Of a stretch of DNA of 64,000 nucleotides, positions 15,910-30,130 are shown piece after piece. Within the stretch, counting starts at the first letter, position 1; each line of letters begins with the position of its first letter. The DNA is from Eledone cirrhosa. Lineage: Eukaryota. The position numbers and the translations under genes are program-made. The notes under the pieces were generated by a model that saw only the letters and a list, made by a program, of their open reading frames with translations, was not told where the DNA came from and searched no databases. The DNA lies in the NCBI GenBank assembly GCA_964016885.1, contig OZ024743.1, positions 118,606,001 to 118,670,000 of the forward strand, read 5' to 3'.

Positions 15910-16299
15910 GGTATCGGTAGAGGGTCGAAGCCATACTTCGTTGCATAGAGTTACGGCCCTTGCCATTCTGAGTTCAAATCCCGCCGAGGTTAACTTTGCC
16001 TTTCATACTTACGGGGTCGATAAAATAAAGTACCAGTAACATACTGGGGTCGATTTAATCGACTTTCCCCTCCCCCAAATTACTGGCCATGTGCCTATAC
16101 TAGGTGGTGGTGGATTGGCAGTATTGGTAGAGGGCTGATTCCATGCTTTGCAGCATAGAGTTACGCCCCTTTACGGTCTGAGTTCAAATCCCGCCAAGGT
16201 TAAATTTGCCTTTCATCCTTACGGGGTCGATAAAATAAAGTACCAGTAATGCACTGGGTAATTGCTTGCCTTGTGCCAAAAGTAGAAACAATTATTATT
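15910..16299 (+). mobile_element. Two tandem tRNA-derived SINEs
   Basis: Copies ~15910-16103 (long 3' variant) and ~16104-16299 (short variant). Confidence 0.85.
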
Positions 16300-16647
16300 T
16301 AAAGGTGGTTTCGATGACAATGATGACGATGACGATGACGATGACGATCACCACCAACAGCAACACCACTACATCAATCTCAACCCCACAGTAATAACAT
16401 CAACGACAATAAGAACAGCAACAGCAATAACAACAACGCCATCATTATAATTCTTGCTAATGTAAGTTTTTCAGTGTTAGTAGAAAGCGGCAAGAATGTC
16501 GAACAAATCATCAAAGGGAGCCAAACAAACAAAAGCGAGAAAATATGATTCCTTCTACTCTTACAAAAAGAAAAAAACTGAAAGCCGTTAGCAGCAATAA
16601 ATGTAAGAAGAGAAACTAACGAGATGGTTGTTAGTGTTTTGTTACAG

Positions 16648-16732
16648 GTGATGGAATGTGCGCCCACACGTACCTGCATCTTTAGAAATTCAAGCAGCTT
16701 TCTAGAAGGAAACTCTAGTAATATTTTCTTCG
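16648..16732 (+). CDS. Candidate host coding exon
   Basis: Acceptor tgttttgttacag, donor gtaagt. Only one frame is open: VMECAPTRTCIFRNSSSFLEGNSSNIFF. Confidence 0.3.
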
Positions 16733-19617
16733 GTAAGTATTCCAAATATTAGTTTTATTGTGCAATTTATACTACAAATCTGTAAATGTAATGACCTGAA
16801 CTGGAGCAGAGTTACAACACTAATAAAAACAATAATAATAAGCGAAGTAACAGAATTTACAGCGAAATAATCATTAAATTTACCATGATGGGGTAGAGAA
16901 ACAATGCACTAATTCAAGTCAACTCGGTAGCCTGGCGTGGTTGTTCAACCTCCTTGAAATAGCAACCAAATTTTGAACCGAATCATATTCTACCCTATTA
17001 AAAAAAAGAACGTGCTTGATAATGTAGTCATAGATTATATCAGAAAAGATAAGCAAAATAAAATGAGAAGGACATCTTGCGTACAATTTCTGTCTAGCGA
17101 ATTGCAGATGCAACTCAATGGTAATATCGAAGTTATATGAAAAGCCACTTGTCTCAGATACCACGCTGTAGTTCTGAATTCAAATCAACGTGGTTGGTCT
17201 AGTGCGATCTCAGAACGTTACTCTAATGAAAGGTGTTGCAACAAAGTCCATTGCTTTTAAAGGTTATCTAGTTTTACATGTGTGTATCTTTTTCTTTTAA
17301 AAGACGGAAGGTTGGGATTTGGTTGCTATTTTAGCAATTTGAGTGACAATGTAGAGGTTTTCCTGTAGAAACAAACATTCTCTTTCAAATATATATGGCA
17401 TTTATTTTGTCATAAGATACTTATTAAGTCTTTGTTAATTTCTACTAAATTCGTTCTTTTATGGAATTAAACATTGAATTATGATCTAACGAGGGTACAT
17501 TTGTATTAATAGTATATTTCCTATAACAAGAAATAGGTTCTCTTGACAAAAGATTGGTAAACTATGACAATGTACAATATTACAACAATAAATAAAACAA
17601 AACAAACTCATAGTAAGTCACAATATGATTAACCTAGCAATTCATTTATCCGTTTGTAATCTTTACTCTTCTACTTTATTATTGGTTTCAATCACTAGAT
17701 GGCGACCATGCTGGGTTACTACTTTGAATGGATTTAGTCGATCATATCGACGCAGGATATATTATATTATTAAGGGTGGTACTTATTGTAACGAATTATT
17801 TTTGTCGAACCGGTAAATTATGGGATATAAAGAAACAGAAAACGCAACCACATACAGATACGTGTAAGTATGAATATATATATCATGTCAGGTCACTCTT
17901 CAGCGCTAGTGGTAACATGTAACCCAGTACATCCTAATGATCGGGTCGTCGCCAACTAAACCCCACCAAGCTTGCTTGGTGAGCAGGGTGATTTTGATCC
18001 CGATCGCAACCTAACGATTGTAAGCCCGATGCTCAAACCACTAAGCCATGAACCTTCACACACACAGAGAGAGACATAGAGCGTCGGGTAGACTGCTTTA
18101 CAATATTTGTTCCGACTCTCCGCTATCTGAGTTCAAATCCCACCGAGGTCAAGATCAATAAAAAATGACTAGTCTTGCGCTCGGGTAGATTCTTTCTCAC
18201 TTCCTTTCTCTCATTCTCTATTCTTCGGAAAGATATATATATATATATTCAAAAAGTTTCCGCACAGTTTCAAATTACCAAATTATATTTATGATGTTTG
18301 GGTCAAACCAACTGTCACGCAGTAGGACTGAACTTGATACCAAGTGGATGCGAAGCGAACCCATTAAACACACAGTTATGCCTGCTTCTATTCTACCAAC
18401 CCACTTATACAACCAACCCATCTATTAGGCCTCATATATGCCGTAGATTATTCAATCTTGGCATCTTATAATTCTGCCTTGAATCTCTACCCCAACAATA
18501 GAAACGAACTTTACTATTTCAAAAACCGTATGTTTGGTGTCAGACAAATACCTCAACATAGATAGTTTAAACACAGGCAAGTAATTAATCCCTTTATTCG
18601 TTTTCTATTTTGGGGTTTGAAGGTAAAGCAGAATAAAAAAAAAACTGAGCGTGGAAAACGAAAGCACGATATATTAACAAAATTAATTAATATTATTCAT
18701 CTTATTCTTACTTAGATATATGCTAGCAGTAAAACTGTTCCTATGGTGATTTTGTGCGAGTATATGTCTCCGTGAGTTTCGTAATATATCTATCAATGAA
18801 TTAAAAGTTAAAATTATATTTGTTACATTCAAATGATCCAAACTCAAACGACTTATTTCGTCTCCCTCTTTATTTGACACAATTCCAGAAATTTTGGTGG
18901 CAGGGGAAGTCGATTGATTCGATAACAATACATTATCAGTACCGTATTTTCTCGATTGGATCTCAGAATGTAATGAGACGAAACTGAATATGCGGAAAGT
19001 CTTAGGATCTAATAATTTTGTCAATCAACTGCCTTGACGCCGTTTAGTTACTTAGATACGTTTAATTCTCTGCAGAATTATGATGCCCTACTAAATTAGG
19101 GAATGATGGTATATGACCAGGTAATTCAAAGAGGAATGATTGAATCAGTCAAGTACTAGATTGGTGACTGGCGCAAATAAGACCACAAAAACTATAATAT
19201 GGTGAGAGGTAACAAAAAGAAAAATACCGCATCCTCCTTTGCACAGGTTAACAAAGGACGCATTCGTGCCTTAAGTAGATGGGCCTGTTCGAAAACATTT
19301 TTTTCAGACTCCATTTCAAGCCGCAAAAACTGACGATGGGCTTTCTTTCTATCTGTCTTGTACATGTCACTGTTGAAACTAATTATATATATATATGTAT
19401 GTATGTATATATATATATATATATATATAAATTTTAGTACAGCATTAACGAAGCTTTAGTTTGTGGCCAAGCTAACGAATGCAAATTTGGTCTGTAGCTT
19501 TAGCACTCGGATGTGGAAAAGTACCCCAGAGTAATAACAATACGTTTAGACAGCTTAGCAAATCAAATATAGCGATCAGCAGTCCAGCCGTATCACTAGA
19601 GCAACGAAAGTACAGGA

Positions 19618-19715
<98 letters not shown>

Positions 19716-19749
19716 TGTGTGTGTGAGAGAGAGTGTGTGTGTGTGTGTT

Positions 19750-20009
19750 GAAGTTTCCGTTGAAAAAGTCAGCGGCATGAAGAGTGCTCTATGTAAGTTA
19801 AAGAGCTAAATATTTAATGTATAATAAACAATACAATATAATTACCTCATTACCAGAGGTTTCCCGAATAAGACGAATACAAGAAACGTCTGCATTCGTT
19901 CGTCAGACAAAATTGCTCTGTCTGACGAACGAATGCGGATGTTTCTTGTATCCGTCTTATTCGGGAAACCTCTGGTAATGAGGTAATTATATTGTATTGT
20001 TTATTATAC

Positions 20010-20013
<4 letters not shown>
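19750..20013. mobile_element. Fold-back insert with hammerheads in both arms
   Basis: Arms ~19815-19908 and ~19919-20013. Extension 19750-19814 contains gagtgctc. Confidence 0.75.
19916..19983 (+). ncRNA. Type-I hammerhead motif (mirror on minus strand ~19845-19909)
   Basis: ctctgt-CTGACGA-acgaatgcggatg..tatccgt..attcgg-GAAA-cctctgg-TA-atgag. Stem I is imperfect. Confidence 0.65.
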
Positions 20014-20087
<74 letters not shown>

Positions 20088-20089
20088 AA

Positions 20090-20394
20090 TGAAGTAATTC
20101 CGTCGGAAAAGTCCAGGAAAAAAGAGTGCTCTATGTAAGTAACAGAGCTTAATAGTTATGTAATAAACAACATAAGGCAATTATTTCATTTACCAGTGGT
20201 TTCTTAAAAGCAAACAAATTTTGCTTTCAATGATCAAAATGAAAAAATCCTGGTGTAGTTATTGGTATTGGTTTTTAAAATCCACTACCAATAAATACAC
20301 CAGGATTTTTTCATTCTGATGATTGGAAGCAAAATTTGTTTGCTTTTAAGAAACCACTGGTAAAGGAAATAAATACCTTATGTTGTTTATTACA

Positions 20395-20401
<7 letters not shown>
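20090..20401. mobile_element. Fold-back insert with hammerheads in both arms
   Basis: Arms ~20152-20272 and ~20281-20401. Extension shares aagagtgctctatgtaagt with the neighbouring insert. Confidence 0.75.
20309..20369 (+). ncRNA. Type-I hammerhead motif
   Basis: tttcatt-CTGATGA-ttggaagca..tgcttttaa-GAAA-ccactgg-TA-aaggaaa. The other arm has aatgaaa, which gives a perfect stem I. Confidence 0.75.
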
Positions 20402-20470
<69 letters not shown>

Positions 20471-20471
<1 letters not shown>

Positions 20472-20585
20472 CGAAGGTAGTGTGGTAAGGAACCAGATAG
20501 ACTATAGCGTACCAGAGTACTCAATACTTAGGGTAGTAGAGTGGGTAATAGGAAAATGTTTGACCTCGACGGGGTCAAGCATTTT

Positions 20586-20590
<5 letters not shown>
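20471..20590. mobile_element. Short fold-back copy of the 48-51 kb PLE terminus (family F)
   Basis: tgtggtaaggaaccag...gagtactcaatacttaggg extension followed by a taggaaaatg..cattttccta hairpin. Confidence 0.8.
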
Positions 20591-20650
<60 letters not shown>

Positions 20651-20651
<1 letters not shown>

Positions 20652-20906
20652 GGCGGGCTGTGTGGATGCATTTAGGTATAATGAAAATAAAAGTTACGGG
20701 CGAAAGAGGGTAATATCCATCATCAGTTGTCTGCTAGGAAGCATAGATGTTTCTTCACGTTAGAGACAATATACCTCAGCCTAGTGCGAACAATAACTAA
20801 AGTAAGTTATTGGGATAAAAAGGGGGGGGGGAATACCTAGGATTCCTAGCAGACAACTGATGATGGATATTACCCTCTTTCGCCCGTAACTTTTATTTTC
20901 ATTATA
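20651..20906. mobile_element. Fold-back insert with 64-bp arms and ~100-nt spacer
   Basis: 20677-20740 is the reverse complement of 20843-20906; flanked by (TA)n. Confidence 0.7.
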
Positions 20907-20911
20907 TATAT

Positions 20912-21480
20912 ATAGAGTTATTAACTCATATAGATACCCTGCAATTAACAAGCTCAAATTATAAATACTGAGCATTATAATATTAATATGTGTAGAAGTA
21001 AACACAGTAAACCCATGTCTAAAATTACGAGGGTAGATTACACCACAAATGTTATATATCATTCAACTCGAATCATATGGGATGTTACAAGATTTCTTAC
21101 AAGATTTCTCATACATACCATATCAATAACCATTTCATCTCCCGGACAGACTAAAGATTTAATCTGTTTCACCCTGAATGAATCGTGTTTGTAACAAGTA
21201 ATCAGTAGGCATTTCGTCAGCAAGAGATAAGACTAAATGTTACATAACACCCATAACGATAATCTCACTAAAGTTTACACATCGTGCGTTGAAAATCATA
21301 GGCGGTGCGAGTGGTTATACTAGAAATAATAGCCTATTTACACTCATTTTTATGAGCTCAACAGATAAGGAGCCGAAATACAAATAAAATATAGAGTTAT
21401 TAACTCATATAGATACCCTGCAATTAACAAGCTCAAAGTATAAATATTGAGCATTATAATATTAATATGTGTAGAAGTAA
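20912..21480 (-). mobile_element. Retrozyme-like or PLE-derived element with ~90-bp direct repeats
   Basis: atagagttattaactc...gtgtagaagtaa at 20912-21001 and 21391-21480, with an internal hammerhead. Confidence 0.7.
21137..21228 (-). ncRNA. Full type-I hammerhead motif with GUC site
   Basis: atctcttg-CTGACGA-(stem II ..ctga/tcag..)-GAAA-cagatta aatctt tagtctg-TC-cgggagat. Stem I 8 bp, stem III 7 bp. Confidence 0.8.
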
Positions 21481-22098
21481 TTAGTATACATATGCTCCAA
21501 ATTCTAAATTTGTTAGCTACTTGTGCTGTGACTGGTACATCGCATGTCTTTGTAGCGGAGGCGACGTCCAGTCCCATTCATATCTGCTGTCACTGCTGAA
21601 AATTAATTCCTACCACCAGGTATGGATTGCCTACTTCTAGGAACATATAAAAAGACGATTCCTCCGACGATTAGTTACGCATCTTCCGGAACTATACCAA
21701 AGTACATAGTTGGTAATCGATGATCGATTGCTGAGATCAATTTTCACTCCGGCTTTACAAACTTAGAAACGGCAGCCGTAAGGAAAATAATAACATTTCC
21801 ACCTTAAAGTTTATACCGTTTCTTAAATATTATACACTTTTATATATATGTAAAAATAGTGTGTGTTTCTCTCATGATATATAGCTATATATGTTTATTT
21901 TCAATTTTAATGATTTGTACTCTGGACGAAAGTCCATTAAGCTTTTCTGTTGAAAAACATATTCATCATAATTTTAAAATATGTTATGATACTTTAAAAT
22001 ACTATATAAAGTGCGGAGCGTATGTGCATAAACACCTACTCACCGTACTGTATTATTGAAGTATTGTGTTAGCTCAATGCACATGGACATAGCCGTTA

Positions 22099-22389
22099 TA
22101 TGCAAAAGAAACCAAAGAACGCTTACATACTCAAACAGTCTTTATTCACTAACAATGTTTTATCCTCAACTTTTGGCAGGAATCATCAGAGCTTAATAAA
22201 TACAGTGTAGAGTATAAGCTCCACAAAACTTAGTCGCACGAACAATCAGAAAAAATATTAGGGGTATTGGCTTATACTGTACACTGTATTTATTAAGCTC
22301 TTATGATTCCTGCCAAAATGTGAGGATGAAACATTGTTAGTGAATAAAGACTGTTTGAGTATGTAACCGTTCTTTTGTTACTTTTGCAT

Positions 22390-22390
<1 letters not shown>
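22099..22390. mobile_element. Fold-back insert; each arm carries a singly mutated hammerhead
   Basis: Arms 22099-22219 and 22270-22390. Consensus gct-CTGATGA-ttcct..aggat-GAAA-cattg-TT-agt. Confidence 0.7.
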
Positions 22391-22485
<95 letters not shown>

Positions 22486-23154
22486 ATATAGATATATGTC
22501 TGATCGGTTTGACGACTCTAGCGGTCATCAAATGTCTAGCTGAATCATGAACATTTATTGTACAGATGCCATTGAATAAAAATTGTGCATGTATATATAT
22601 TTTCTTCTCTTCCTTATTCCTCTATCCGCTGCTCATATTTGTCTCTTCTGTCGTCTTTTATCTTTCTCCCCCGTTTTTCCCTTCCTGCTTCTTCTTTTCT
22701 TCTCTTCCCCTTCTACCCACCGCTCTTGTTTGCCACTTCCACTTGCTGTCACTTTCGCTGCTCTAAGTCTTGTTGTCTTTTTTAGTTGTGACATGGTGTC
22801 GAATGGACGCTTCCTACTTTTTTCTCTCCGTTCTATCTGTTTGCCCTTGTAATTTGTTCGTTTCATCAAGCATACATTATACGAGCAGAAATAATTATTT
22901 ACTGTTGAACAATACGGTAATTATAAGTAGTACCCTAAAATTTAATTCGTGCGAATCTACATTCCGGTATGAGGGTTGATGTTGTTTTATAATATTTGTG
23001 TCATTTTGTCTCGTTCATTTTCATTTCTCCAATTTCTTCGTTTGCTCGTCTCTCCCTTCACTTATGCGGGCCAACACACTTCTAGCCGTTTATCCCTGTC
23101 AGTTGAGGTAAGATTCTACACGACAACGTCTTTGACGGCATTTTGCTATTTTGA

Positions 23155-23236
<82 letters not shown>

Positions 23237-23239
<3 letters not shown>

Positions 23240-23877
23240 AAGGTAGTACAGCATAATCGAAGCTCTGGCTGCGGGCAAGCTAACGAATGCTGTCGGGAAG
23301 TGCAGCCAAAAGCACTCAATAAAGAATTTAACCTTAGAGTTATAACATTACGTTTAGACAGCTATGCAAATTTGAAGCCAGCGACCGAAAAGGCGAGCCG
23401 CTAGAATCAGAACAATGAAAAAACCGACTCAGGGAAAAGTTTGACTCTTACCTGGACTGTATCATGGACATATTACACACAATTATATAACATCTCCACT
23501 AGGTTTGTGTAAATCCGAAATCAACAAAATCCATTTGCAGGGGCCTGCAAGTTAATCGGGCTTTGGCAGATAGAACAGCGGAATTTACTTCGTCAACAGG
23601 TTTCCGTTCCGCCACCGCCGAATGTAAAAACTAGCAGTAAACACTACTAGTAGTCACATGGATTCTCCGAAGCGAGGTAACCCAAGGTTTTGGCGGTCAA
23701 ATTCAAAATTTGAACAAAGGAATTAAATCCTTTACACACACCGATTGAAAGCTCTCAACTAGATGTTATTAAACAAACATAAACAATTAACCAATCAATA
23801 GAAGTGTCTTCTTAAATTAATCAATTAATCATTAAATCTAGGAGATAATACAAGAAGGTAGTACAGCATAATTGAAG
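23237..23877 (-). mobile_element. (TA)n-associated repeat family G with short direct repeats
   Basis: aagaaggtagtacagcataat.gaag at 23237 and 23852. Partial homologues at ~12520-12668 and ~19435-19620. Confidence 0.55.
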
Positions 23878-24212
23878 ACCGTATGCTATTGTTTTAGAGT
23901 AGTGACAAACTCACTTACTATTGCAAAATAGCAATATATATATGAATGTATATATAATGTATTTCAGAACTCCAATTCTAATTTTTAATTTCTGCCTGAC
24001 CGGCAACCGCTCTATATAATCACTTCCTGATTATTTACTAGAATTCTATAAAAATATAACATCAGTGATCTCAGTAGACAGGTGGGAGTAGTTAGCCTTG
24101 ATCAGCATCAATAAATGCGAAACAAGGCCTTGTCGGCTTATCTCCCCTTGTTTGCTGAGATTAAAGTAAGTGAGTTTGTCACTACTCTAAAACAATAGCA
24201 TACGGTCTTCAA
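23872..24212. mobile_element. Insert with 48-bp inverted arms and an internal hammerhead-like motif
   Basis: 23872-23919 is the reverse complement of 24165-24212. Confidence 0.7.
24094..24138 (+). ncRNA. Hammerhead-like motif with variant core (U3, C8)
   Basis: agcc-TTGATCA-gcat caataa atgc-GAAA-caaggccttg-TC-ggct. Stem I extends to atctcag/ctgagat. Confidence 0.6.
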
Positions 24213-24248
24213 AATGCTTTTAATTAAGCATAAAGTGTATTGCAAAAT

Positions 24249-24684
<436 letters not shown>

Positions 24685-24688
<4 letters not shown>

Positions 24689-24882
24689 AACCAGTAGGAC
24701 CCCGACGGCTGAGCTGAAGCCGTTTCGACGGCTAATTCTGGACTGAGTCCAGAATTAGCCTTCGAAACGGCTTGAGCTCAGCCGTCGGGGTCCTACTCGT
24801 TCCTATTACCCACTCTACTACCCTAAGTATTGAGTACTTTGGTGCGTTATCGTCCACCTGGTTCCTTACCACATTTCCTCCG

Positions 24883-24884
<2 letters not shown>
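24685..24884. mobile_element. Family F fold-back copy
   Basis: Hairpin 24685-24805 centred on ctggact-g-agtccag, extension to 24884, (TA)n on both sides. Confidence 0.85.
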
Positions 24885-24932
<48 letters not shown>

Positions 24933-24988
24933 CAAATATATATAATATATATAATATATATAATACAAATATATATAATATATATAAT

Positions 24989-25034
<46 letters not shown>

Positions 25035-26157
25035 TATTTTTATATATACACATCTGTCCATCTTTCTTTCAGTCTTACTGTCTCTCTCTGTCTCTGTCTC
25101 TCTCTCTATCTCACACCCTCCCTCTATCTATATATTTATGTATATTTAATAATATCTATAACTTCGAATAAGAAAATAATAACAACAATAACAACAGACC
25201 ACAAAATCTACTGGTAGTAGTGTATATGTTTGACAATGTCTAAAGAAAATTTAAAATGGAATACAAAATAGGCCGACTTGACGAGGTGGAGACTATCAAT
25301 TATTTTCGATGATGCAAGCTTCTTCACATAGAATGCTGTAATTCAGGAAATGATAAATTATGTTGTCTTTTTTTTTCTTGCTATGAATCCCGTAATTTTT
25401 AACAGGTTCTAAGCTTGCACACGCACACAACTATAAGTATATGTGTGTGTATGTGTGTGTGTGCGTGCGTCTATATATATGTATATATATATATATATGT
25501 ATATAAATATATATAAATATATATATAAATAAATATATATATAGAGAGAGAGAAAGAGAGAGAGAGAGAGGGAGAGAGGGGGATAGAGCCAGAGCAAGTT
25601 AAATAGATAGATAAATGGATAGATAATAGAGAGATAGATGTGTATGTGCCTCTATGTATATATATAAACATTCATTCATCAACCTGCAACAAATAGCTAT
25701 AATAATTATGATAGTAATCAAAATAACATGATTGTAAGAACAGTAACAATAACATCAATACAAACAAGAGATAATTATATATAAATGCGCTTCCATTTAC
25801 AATTATATACAAGCGGAACTATTTTCTAGGACATAAGTGAATCGCTTCTCATTAAAACATATCTATGTATTCTATATAAACCATCGAAGTTATGGGTAAT
25901 ATGAAATTCTTTTTAGATCCCTACATTTTCTAAAAATGATATTTCTGTATTGTAGTTTTGCAACAATGGTTTATGTTGATAACATTGTGTAAAAAAAGTT
26001 AATCTATTTTGTAAATTATATATACGTATGTTATACTCACACATAAACAAATACACACACACATACATATATCTGTGTGTGTTTTGTGCGCGTATATATA
26101 TATATATATGTATGTATGTGTATATACATACATACGTATATATATATACATATATAT

Positions 26158-26300
<143 letters not shown>

Positions 26301-28669
26301 TAGAAAGAATTATGTTATTCGTAATGGTAAACATATCGTATATTATTCGATATACAAAATACACTTACTTATATGTACTGCTGTATTGGTACGATCATTT
26401 AAATTCTTTTTTTTTGTTCAGGCCGAGCCAGGCTTACATTATTGTATGCAAATGAGCCCATGTATATAGGCGCCAAAACTATATGTTTGCGCCTATATTG
26501 AGTTCCAGCAGAAAGTGTGGGAATGGGGTACATTACCTTGATAACAACCATTAGTCAGAAACAGCCGTCAGTAATTTTTACTTTACTTTTGCTGGAACTC
26601 GTTAGGTGGCGCCCAGTCATCAGCTTCTAAAATCCATAGGTAAAGACTTTCAAATGTGTATTCGTAAATATGTCGTATAACATTCGATATACAAAATACA
26701 TATATCCAAATATATAGAAAAGTTAAAAATATATATACAAAGCTTAAATGAATGTAGAGAATTGTGTATCTCCATACGGTTTAAATACAAAGCATGTCAC
26801 CACTTTCCGAATGGCTAAATGTCAGCAGTAGGGCACCCAGGAGATATAACCGGTACGCAGCCAGGCCCCCTTGAGTGTAAGAAGCCTAGGCCGAAACACT
26901 CGCTTGATGGGAGTTTCTTCTCTAAAGACCCTCTGCTGTCCAGCTCTCCTGAGAATTATTTACCAATAATAGTATATATTACTGCCAAGTTATATATTGG
27001 TCTGAAGAAAAGGTAGATTATTTAGGGAGATAAACTTGGAAAGGCAGACATAAACACAAAGAAAATATAATCAAATATATAATGGAAAAATTGGCTTTTA
27101 AATCGTTTTTATTTCCTTACACATATCTCAAGATAGTTGTACCATGTTATTTTATATTACGAAGATAAAACATGCTCGCGCTGAAAAAACATTTGTGCGG
27201 GCCGCGGGTGTGCTTGTAAAAGGCTGCATGTGACCCTTGGACCGCAGGTTTGACCTGCTTGGTCTTATTCATATTTCTTTAAGATCATGTTGACCTTGAC
27301 GTTTTACATGATAAAATATGTACCAGACCAAAATACAAGAAGGTTGTGTATCAACATATCAACAGTTTAATGGCTAAACACACTAAACGAATGAAAAATT
27401 TAACCGCAGAAAAGATTAAATCAAATGTAGCAGTATGCAAATTCATATAACTTGGAGCACCTTCCTATATTTAAACAAACCAGCATTCTAAATCTTATAT
27501 TTTTAGCCTAACTATTTTCTTGGTGCACTCATAGGAACAGAGGAATTCAGCAACGTAGAATTAAAGCTTTTATTGTGGTGGTGGAATTGATGTTGTTCTT
27601 GTCATTTTTGCTGTTGTTCAGCCCCAATTCAGTCATGATTTAGGAAACCAATGATTTTTAAAGATTTCAATGTATATTAAAGGTGGCAAATCGGGCGATT
27701 TATCAGAGTCTCTCCTCAGAATGTTTTTTATTTTGTTGGTTCCGGTTGTTTACTCACTGAGTTCAAATGACGGCGAGGTCAACTTTGTCTTTCTTCATTT
27801 ACGGGTCAATAAATAAGGTAGCAATCCGGTACTGGTATAAATTCTTCTCTTTCCCTCTCCATCTAGATGTGGTCAAATCCGAAAGGGTAGAGTACAGCCA
27901 GGTTTTATATGCCCAGGCGACAGTCAGATTCCTTAAATCGTTGTACGGGATGCCTTGGGGGCATCTATTCCAGTTCTTGGGCGTTCAAAGTAAAAATTCC
28001 GCTTCATGCACCATATGTAAAAGAGGTGTCAATTATCTCAAATGTCCCGATGAAGACAAACAACCAAACAATACCATTGTTTTCATAGTATGATACTTAA
28101 CTGGCATAGAGCTCAATGTAGCCATTTACTGTTATGTATACAGAATAGCTTTGTTGATAAGTACTTTAGTTACATACATAACTCGTTGTAGATACGAACC
28201 ATTGGTCTGTCAATTGGTTTTCTGGAATCTTAGTTCCGCTCTGCCACATCTCGCTCTTTCTTTCTCTCTCTCTCTCTTTATCTCCTTCGCCTCCACCACT
28301 TCCCCTCCTCCACTCATCCTTTCTCTCCCTCTATCTTTCTCTCACTCTCTTTCTCTCGGAAATCCATAACCTGTAGGAAAGTATGATAGAAAAAAATTGA
28401 TGAGCTAAAAACAAAATCGTTAGATTTTATCGTTTGTAAAAGAAGCATCCGTATTATATTTTCATATTTCTTGTTATTGTATTTATCGTCGTCATTATAT
28501 TTGTTATATCTATTTGGATGTTTATTTGTTTGTTTTTAACTCTTATAATAAATTATGCAAAATGACAGACTGAAGAACATTCATCATTATTTTCTGACAA
28601 TATCAAGCTATATTCAGATTATGCCCGATTGAGAAAAAATTATTACTCTACGCTTCGTATAACAGTGTG

Positions 28670-28840
<171 letters not shown>

Positions 28841-29190
28841 CAATGTGTTTACATTGAATTTATGTTTTTCAATAGACAAAACATTTTTTCTTCAAACTTG
28901 GAAACATTAGCTGGTGTGTATCCCCAGACAAGAAAAGAGGAAGCTTTATTACCTACTATCTAGGCAGCATTGGCGATTTAATTATTATTTGCAGTTTTAG
29001 ACAGACGTAATAATCTTTGTTAACCAGAAAATTATTTTATAATGTGACACTGATTTTAATTTAAAAAAAGAAACATGTGCATTTAGAAAAAGTCTCCCAC
29101 GATCTCATACATTCATACATACATACATACATACATACATACATACATACATACATACATACATACATACATACATACATACATACATAC

Positions 29191-30048
29191 ATGATTCACA
29201 AAAGAGATAGGGATGCAGGCAAAACACCTAGATGTGATAACAATTGCAGACTCTGCAGAACTAACATCGAGGATATCACCCATGTCATCAGCAGCTGTCC
29301 AAAGATGTCATCGCGGTACTATCTACCTATGAGGCATGATGTAGTGGCCAAAACACTGCACAATGCAGTTCGTAAAAAAGAGAGCCCCGATAATAAACAC
29401 ATTAAAAGCTACAACAATGTGGAAGATATCCGTGTACATAATATGAAAGAGTACTGGTGGAATGTTCCAGTAAAAAACCCCAATAAAATGCAGGCATAAC
29501 AGACCAGATATTATGATATGGGACAGGGAGAAGAAAACATGCAAGGTAGTGGAAATTAGCTGCCCAGCAGATGCCAATATAATATCAAAGATTAGTGAAA
29601 AGGAGAATATTTATGCAGAATTGATGAGATACTCCACCCTGATTACACCTTCAGATTTATGCCTGTGATTATTGGGGTACTGGGATATGTTAGTAACTGC
29701 CTCAATATAAATCTTGAGAAGCTAGGCTTCACAAGAACAGAAAGAACACAACTAGTTAGGAAATTACAAGTACAATCCATTAATGGAACAGTAAACATTT
29801 TAAAAACATTCCAAAAATTTTGCATCTAATAACTGTATATACACATGTACAGATACAAAGCATATACACATGCACACTTACAACTCAAAACATACACATC
29901 CACACATACAATAACATCCATATCTACACATGCATACATATCTACCTAGTTGATGTTGTGTAAATTCCAATGAGAGAGTCTTGTGTCTAGGTTAGCAACC
30001 GACTCTCTCTCTATTGGTAAAACTTTGTGAAATTTTAAAACCAGAAGA
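29191..30048 (+). mobile_element. R4/Dong-like LINE 3' fragment (CCHC knuckle and RLE)
   Basis: CRLC..EDITHVISSC..RHDVVAK; after a frameshift HNRPDIMIWD..VEISCP..EKENIY..PVIIGVLG. Flanked by (ACAT)n on both sides. Confidence 0.8.
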
Positions 30049-30130
30049 ACATACATACAAACATATACACATACATACATACATACATACATACATACAT
30101 ACATACATACATACATACATACATACATAC

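Noticed and set aside
27170-27265. hAT-like subterminal GC motifs (gcgggccgc, gaccgcaggtttgac)
   Set aside because: Partner terminus and target duplication not found.
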